From Acholeplasma laidlawii PG-8A (GTDB lineage: Bacteria > Bacillota_I > Bacilli_A > Acholeplasmatales > Acholeplasmataceae), in assembly GCF_000018785.1 (NCBI RefSeq), contig NC_010163.1:870001-902000 (forward strand): a DNA stretch of 32,000 bases, written 5' to 3'. How positions within the stretch are numbered: the stretch's first letter is position 1; every line of letters begins with the position of its first letter. Both the position numbers and the translations under genes were made by a program. The notes beneath the pieces are model-generated. The model ran no database searches and was not told the origin of the DNA. It worked only from the letters and a program-made list of their open reading frames with translations. Below, piece after piece: positions 27,901 through 32,000 of the stretch.

Positions 27901-27929
27901 CTTGGCTGAAGGTTTAATATCTCTTTCAC
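24909..27929 (-). CDS. Large TPR-like + GAF-like + degenerate GGDEF + degenerate EAL protein
   Basis: 1006 aa. GGDEF region has YRYGTNQLFVYVP in place of RxGGDEF. C-terminal EAL-like region has LSLAFEQIIDLDRNVIWQYESDLI, NTGIGLDTTSVE, LHLDF, IIRDVKSPEHKEVLHSLGIKYIQGDMYKPI. Confidence 0.7.
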   Translation of the reverse strand: MKEILNLQPSQESVAEILNFIEHKTLTVLEHQTVFIHLMKTYYALKAYPIVLNEGIAYHEKLIQHHQNPELEVLYELIYLSAMNLEKYDIAYAYIQDRKEVLPVNKRYLADLNLLEFKKITHQNYTEDIERLLQDTLPNDIKLSLLKDLLVNYLNQNEPNKAITLMAELKRLDYEQTYIPLYLKTLLQLNQYSEAKLIANQYRQDKRHEMSAFMTLLEVYVHEKDSHRLAILDGDFSEKIELESPEFRLKSYELFMNFYEEIKNKFLYDNYAKKLKNLQKELKKQKKNESVIEEKKDSGIKVTDHQVSIAPKVSAVKENIYHMDALIELFGYAHQIHDNKHYREYLRLFFMRVSEVVDATDFIVFTSKDDMLYHYKKERLYDKQLIPQSYYDTIIHNVLKDGQERFGTPKSFMDSKNILTGKPYDESVGYIYSFALYDLGAFMVYLKDEIQDPGTFFDLFKGISTIIYGSLKDEEKIGNIRTENTFLRHILDSNLMNLRIMTNHQSTYNIASQKLLNVDSHLPFELFLRNLGVHEIKAYEHSVQRLFEKAGLMDVVTYVYLDKQIKERLVSIATQDEIHVISIFDDITHIYDERMKLIEEATVDFETSLLNLNALHNNFEKYIKDKGSFLLISFNESILPIYGSDIALKFFKEFGQRSQKFFEDGTVYRYGTNQLFVYVPVNDIRSVTRLLKAYIKYLNDTESVVISYEQFEPKIAVIRYPVVTEEKLPSKIFRYLELSLDYLRRKASDEPYIFYEHSIYENEVFEQQVINYLNQAIETNQLSLAFEQIIDLDRNVIWQYESDLILENIAVDSKYLHAIAKKRNRLEALEHHHIKMVCEFLHTLEKETTKLIKITIPISKETFTSVDFNPYIFGLFHQYSIPFEFIRFKVKGDNIKINQHLNQISELANTGIGLDTTSVETALSYPFNALHLDFKSTDDKWNQYIQSMHQLFLNHHMAVIIRDVKSPEHKEVLHSLGIKYIQGDMYKPITADRLFIKIKGNSSNEN

Positions 27930-28807
27930 TTGAATTGCTCAATTTCCTTTAGTTGTTCTAAAAAGTGGCCAGCTAAACTTAAATACTTGCCTGCAATCAT
28001 TTCAAAATCTAAATGAAGTTTCTCTGATAAATTAATTTCATGTTTATAGGTTGCAACAATATGCCATTGTAACACTTGATACATTCTATAAAAACGTATA
28101 TGTGCAAGTTCAAAAGCAGATGGTGTACGTTCTAGATAATAACCTAATAATTTTTCAGCATCTTTAAAATCAATGTTTCCAAACGATGCAATATCATAGT
28201 AAGGGTCATTTAATCCAGAAAATTCCCAATCTAATAAATAGATTTTATCCCCTGATTTCACTAAATTAGAGCGCTGTGCATCACCGTGGCATAGCACTTT
28301 AGGTAATTTAGAAAAATAAGCATCATATAATTTAAGCCATTGCATCTTAAGTGTATAATACGTAGTTGATGGCTCTTTTTTAAGAAGCTTTTCATATCTT
28401 CTTAAACGTTCTTTTAATCCATAGTCTTCACCAGGTAATTTAGCTTGATGAAGTGTTTTTAATGCATTAGCTACTAATGGATAATCTGTTTCTTCCATAC
28501 TAACAGATAGCGGTGTACCTTCTACATATTTTGAAACTTTAACACCTGTTTTAGAATCAAAATAAACTAATTCTGAGTTAAGATTTAAAGCTTTTGCTTG
28601 TTGAATATGCTTTTTTTCAATACTTGGTTTAACTAAAACTTCACCACCATCACCAATAATTCTAATGACATATGGTTGTTCTTTGACATAGACCAAGTAG
28701 GTGTAGTTACTCATACCTCCTTTAAATCTTGAATCTACTCTTACATCTATTTCATTTACTTGAAATACTCTTGTAGCTATTTCTACGATTTTATCTTCAA
28801 TCAACAT
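27926..28807 (-). CDS. Choline/ethanolamine kinase or aminoglycoside-phosphotransferase family (LicA-like)
   Basis: VLCHGDAQRSNLVKSGDKIYLLDWEFSGLNDPYYDIASF catalytic and Mg-binding motifs. Confidence 0.88.
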   Translation of the reverse strand: MLIEDKIVEIATRVFQVNEIDVRVDSRFKGGMSNYTYLVYVKEQPYVIRIIGDGGEVLVKPSIEKKHIQQAKALNLNSELVYFDSKTGVKVSKYVEGTPLSVSMEETDYPLVANALKTLHQAKLPGEDYGLKERLRRYEKLLKKEPSTTYYTLKMQWLKLYDAYFSKLPKVLCHGDAQRSNLVKSGDKIYLLDWEFSGLNDPYYDIASFGNIDFKDAEKLLGYYLERTPSAFELAHIRFYRMYQVLQWHIVATYKHEINLSEKLHLDFEMIAGKYLSLAGHFLEQLKEIEQFK

Positions 28808-29243
28808 TTATGATGCTCACTTTCTCTTTTTCGTATACTGCGTATGTCTTATTCTTTTGTCCGGTCAGGGCACCTGGGTTTATAAATATAATATTATCAA
28901 TACTTCTATAAAATGCGTCATGCGTATGTCCAAATATGCAGATGTCTGCACCCATTTCTTTAGCCATCATGATTAATTCATTTAAACCATACTTTACATT
29001 TTGAAGATGACCATGTGTCAGTAATATGTTTAAACCTTTAAATTCAATGAGTCTTTCGGTTGGTAAATCTAGGTAATAATCCGTATTACCTTTAACAGCA
29101 ATCATTTTAGCATTTTCAATAGTTTGTAAATCTAAACCTAAATCACCAGTATTTAGATGTAAATCAAATGTAGGTTCTCGTTTCAATACTTTTTCAAGTA
29201 CATCATTTCTTCCATGTATATCGCCAGTAATCAATAATTTCAT
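28797..29243 (-). CDS. YfcE/MJ0936-type metallophosphoesterase
   Basis: ITGDIHGR, LNTGDLG, VKGNTDYY, LLTHGHLQNV, CIFGHTHDAF, INPGALT. Confidence 0.9.
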   Translation of the reverse strand: MKLLITGDIHGRNDVLEKVLKREPTFDLHLNTGDLGLDLQTIENAKMIAVKGNTDYYLDLPTERLIEFKGLNILLTHGHLQNVKYGLNELIMMAKEMGADICIFGHTHDAFYRSIDNIIFINPGALTGQKNKTYAVYEKEKVSIINVD

Positions 29244-29805
29244 CTTTAGCCTCCAAAAAGTTGTTCAAAGCATGTCTTCTATGCGAATGTTCATCTTTAT
29301 AAGTTGAACCTAATTCACCCAGTGTTTCTTGCTTACCATCTGGTATGAAGATTGGATCATAACCAAATCCCATACTCCCTTTTAAGTTTAAAGCTATATT
29401 GCCTAACATGTTGCCAACGTATGTAAATATTTTACCATCAGGAAACGCAATTGCAATCGCACATACAAATCTTGCTTGACGATTTTCCTTATTTTTTAGT
29501 ACATCTAATACTTTAATATTATTCACAGTATCACCTAATCCACTATACCGTTTCGAATAGATCCCTGGTAGGGGACTTATCGCTTCTATAATGATACCAG
29601 AATCATCTGCAATGGCCACTTGATTAAATCTTTTAGCAAATGCTCGTGCTTTAATCTGTGCATTTGCTTCAAAGGTTAATCCGGATTCTATAATTTCTTT
29701 TTCATCTATTTGAAAGTCTTTTAATAAAGTGATCTGATGTGGTTTTAAAATACTTTCCATTTCTATGAACTTATGATAATTATTTGATGCAAATATTATA
29801 TCCAT
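29203..29805 (-). CDS. rdgB: XTP/dITP diphosphatase (HAM1/RdgB family)
   Basis: IIFASNNYHKFIEM, TFEANAQIKARAFA, AIADDSGI, GSMGFGYDPIFI, HRRHAL. Confidence 0.95.
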   Translation of the reverse strand: MDIIFASNNYHKFIEMESILKPHQITLLKDFQIDEKEIIESGLTFEANAQIKARAFAKRFNQVAIADDSGIIIEAISPLPGIYSKRYSGLGDTVNNIKVLDVLKNKENRQARFVCAIAIAFPDGKIFTYVGNMLGNIALNLKGSMGFGYDPIFIPDGKQETLGELGSTYKDEHSHRRHALNNFLEAKDEIIDYWRYTWKK

Positions 29806-29912
29806 ATATTCACCTTTATAAAATTTATATCATATATAATTATATCATTATTATGATAACTAATGGTTTTCTAGTATAATAGATTTATTAAATACGTTGA
29901 GGAGATAAGCAC

Positions 29913-31115
29913 ATGTATGACCATTTAGATGAAATAGAAAATGAATTTAAAGAAATTCATGAAGAACAGAAGAACAAGGATGAAGTAGATCCAAAAATGC
30001 AAAAAATTTATAGAAATAACCTATTCTTATACTTAGCGTATATGATACTACCAATTATTCTTTCTATATTTATTTTAATCGCATTAACTGATATCGACTT
30101 TTTCTTTCAAGATGTGAACGCTAGTGAATTTGCAATCACTAATGCAGTCAATGATGTCAATGGATTACTGATTGTCGATCCAAACAATTTTGAAAATCTT
30201 GATTCAGCTTATGAATCTTTCTTAATACCGGTTGGAGCAGATGGTACCCATATCATTTATGTACACGCTTCAGCAACCTTTATTACAGATACTGACTTCT
30301 TTGATTCCGTCTTAGAAGGCGATGTTTACACCTATACATTGAAGGCATCAGTGCTCAATGATATCATAGATGGAAACATAAAAAAATGGCCTAATAACGC
30401 CCAAATTAACTTCCATATACCCTATGATGATGTTTCACCACTAGTGGCAGGTTCTTCTGTTGACAATATCATCGAATTGACCAAAGAAAATTCAGTCCCA
30501 ACAGTAGCTTTAAATGCAATATTCGCGTTTACATTAATGTTAATTATTGCAATTCCGATGGTAATCATTTCTAAACCAATTTTAATTGGAGACTTCAATT
30601 TATTAAAGGTAGATAATGAAAGTGTTGGCACAGTTTTAGCAAAATCTGGTATTGGTGTGCTTTACATGTTTGGTGGTAATATTGCTGTTGGTATTCTTGT
30701 CATGGCGATTTCTACAATGTTTCAAATCCCTGATCAAGTATCTGCAAATCAGTTAGCAATTAATTTAATGTTAAAGTCACCTTACTTTATTTTAATGATT
30801 ATTACTGCTGTTGTTATTGGACCTATTGTTGAGGAATTGGTATTTAGAAAATCATTCTTTGGTTTAATTAAAAATGAAAACTGGGCACTTGTTATTTCTT
30901 CACTAGTGTTTGGATTAATCCACATCTCAACTGAAATTCTTACAGGCGATATTGGTATGGTGATTGTAAGTAGCTTACCATATATTGCAGGTGGATTTAT
31001 ATTTGGTTACATTTACATGATTAATAAGAAAAACATTGTGATACCGATCATTGCACACATGGGTTATAATTTAATATCTGTTTTAATGTCCATGTTCTTA
31101 CTTTATGTTTTATAA
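29913..31115 (+). CDS. CPBP (CAAX/Abi) family intramembrane metalloprotease
   Basis: EELVFRKSFFG (EExxxR), SSLVFGLIHIS, IIAHMGYNL motifs in a multi-TM protein. Confidence 0.88.
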   Translation: MYDHLDEIENEFKEIHEEQKNKDEVDPKMQKIYRNNLFLYLAYMILPIILSIFILIALTDIDFFFQDVNASEFAITNAVNDVNGLLIVDPNNFENLDSAYESFLIPVGADGTHIIYVHASATFITDTDFFDSVLEGDVYTYTLKASVLNDIIDGNIKKWPNNAQINFHIPYDDVSPLVAGSSVDNIIELTKENSVPTVALNAIFAFTLMLIIAIPMVIISKPILIGDFNLLKVDNESVGTVLAKSGIGVLYMFGGNIAVGILVMAISTMFQIPDQVSANQLAINLMLKSPYFILMIITAVVIGPIVEELVFRKSFFGLIKNENWALVISSLVFGLIHISTEILTGDIGMVIVSSLPYIAGGFIFGYIYMINKKNIVIPIIAHMGYNLISVLMSMFLLYVL

Positions 31116-31119
31116 AAAT

Positions 31120-31147
31120 AATAGCAGCCAAATTGGCTGCTATTTTT
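31120..31147. terminator. Bidirectional intrinsic terminator between convergent genes
   Basis: AATAGCAGCCAAATTGGCTGCTATTTTTG. Confidence 0.9.
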
Positions 31148-31156
31148 GTATCGTGC

Positions 31157-32000
31157 TTAAATGAGTTGTCTAAGTACATTAACACATGCACTTAACTTAT
31201 AGTGCTGTGCATAATCAAATGCGTTTTGCTTTAATCTGTCCTTTTTTAATAAATAGCCATTATCAATAAGTGTTCTAAGTTTTAAGTGATCTCTATTTAA
31301 TACTGCTAGTGTAAGTATTTGATCATTTAATAAATTTGTATAATCTGGCGATAACTGCCATTCTTTTAATAGTTCATAAATAACGATGTCATCATTAATT
31401 TTTGCTAGATTTAATGGTGTCTCATAGCGTCTATTATATATTTCAACATATGCATCATACTTTAGTAAAAGTTGGACAATGTCTTTTTGACCAAATCTTA
31501 CGGCGTTAAACAGTGGTGTTTCAAAGTGGTCATTTAATAAATTAGGATCTAATTTATGTTCTAAAAAGTGTTCTACCATAGATACATTGGTTGTTCTAGC
31601 AGCATAATGTAAAAACGAATCTTTATTACTGTCTAAATAAAAGTATGAAGTCTTAGCGTATTCTAAGAGATATGTAACTACATCCATATGTCCTGCAAGT
31701 ATTGCATAGTGTATTGGTAATCTATCTTCATTATTTTTAGCTTTAGGGTCTGCTTTATATTCAAGTAGTAATTTAACCATATCTAGATTACCCTTATGAG
31801 CTGCCAAATGTAAAACTGTTTCATCACGGTTATTTTTGATGTCTACACGTGCATATTTAGCTAATAGTTTTTTAGCAATATTTAGTTTAGCTTTTCTGGC
31901 ACAATCAAAAAGTGCAGTTTCTCCTAATTGATCTTTTAGATTTAAATCAATTTCTTGATTTAATAAATAATCAATAACATCCATACTACTGCCTAGTACT
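31157..32000 (-). CDS. Ankyrin-repeat protein, open at window edge (N-terminus likely beyond 32000)
   Basis: Tandem ANK repeats (GETALFDCARKAKLNIAKKLLAKYARVDIKNNRDETVLHLAAHKGNLDMVKLLLEYKADPKAKNNEDRLPIHYAILAGHMD...). Upstream of the track ATG the frame stays open (VLGSS-MDVIDYLL), completing an ANK helix. Confidence 0.85.
   Translation of the reverse strand, partial: VLGSSMDVIDYLLNQEIDLNLKDQLGETALFDCARKAKLNIAKKLLAKYARVDIKNNRDETVLHLAAHKGNLDMVKLLLEYKADPKAKNNEDRLPIHYAILAGHMDVVTYLLEYAKTSYFYLDSNKDSFLHYAARTTNVSMVEHFLEHKLDPNLLNDHFETPLFNAVRFGQKDIVQLLLKYDAYVEIYNRRYETPLNLAKINDDIVIYELLKEWQLSPDYTNLLNDQILTLAVLNRDHLKLRTLIDNGYLLKKDRLKQNAFDYAQHYKLSACVNVLRQLI

Noticed and set aside
27926-28807. Phase-variable licA-like locus
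   Set aside because: No tetranucleotide or homopolymer tract at the 5' end comparable to the Haemophilus licA CCAAT-type repeats.
1-32000. CRISPR arrays, transposases, prophage genes, rRNA
   Set aside because: No regularly spaced repeats, integrase/transposase motifs or rRNA sequence seen on reading the window.

Overview
The window is an ordinary low-GC chromosomal segment from an Acholeplasma-like Mollicute. It uses the standard code: TGA serves as a stop, for example in the tight ATGA gene overlaps. Most genes are housekeeping: an NfeD/SPFH pair, M42 peptidase, galU, infC-rpmI-rplT, a heterodimeric ABC exporter, an M24 peptidase, a phosphoglucomutase, coaX, MBL hydrolase, rpmG, an ABC-F protein, NUDIX, tRNA-Lys, a choline-kinase-like protein, a phosphoesterase, an rdgB-like gene, CPBP protease and an ankyrin protein. 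The most interesting locus is at 18.68-19.88 kb. There an unlisted 57-aa Sec-signal peptide ORF (minus strand) is divergent from an HTH+TPR regulator of RRNPP/Rgg/PlcR type (plus strand). A perfect 16-bp palindrome (ACGACATATATGTCGT) lies between them. This looks like a peptide-pheromone quorum-sensing cassette in a mollicute. Other leads are: a compact ~150-nt RNA with its own promoter and terminator behind galU (6S-like architecture, class unproven); a multi-hairpin intergenic element at 18439-18588; a terminator-like hairpin sequestering the ribosome-binding site of an exporter operon; infC with a probable ATT start; a surface Ig-like protein split by a frameshift at an AT repeat; and a TPR/degenerate GGDEF-EAL protein coupled to a possible HEPN-like protein.
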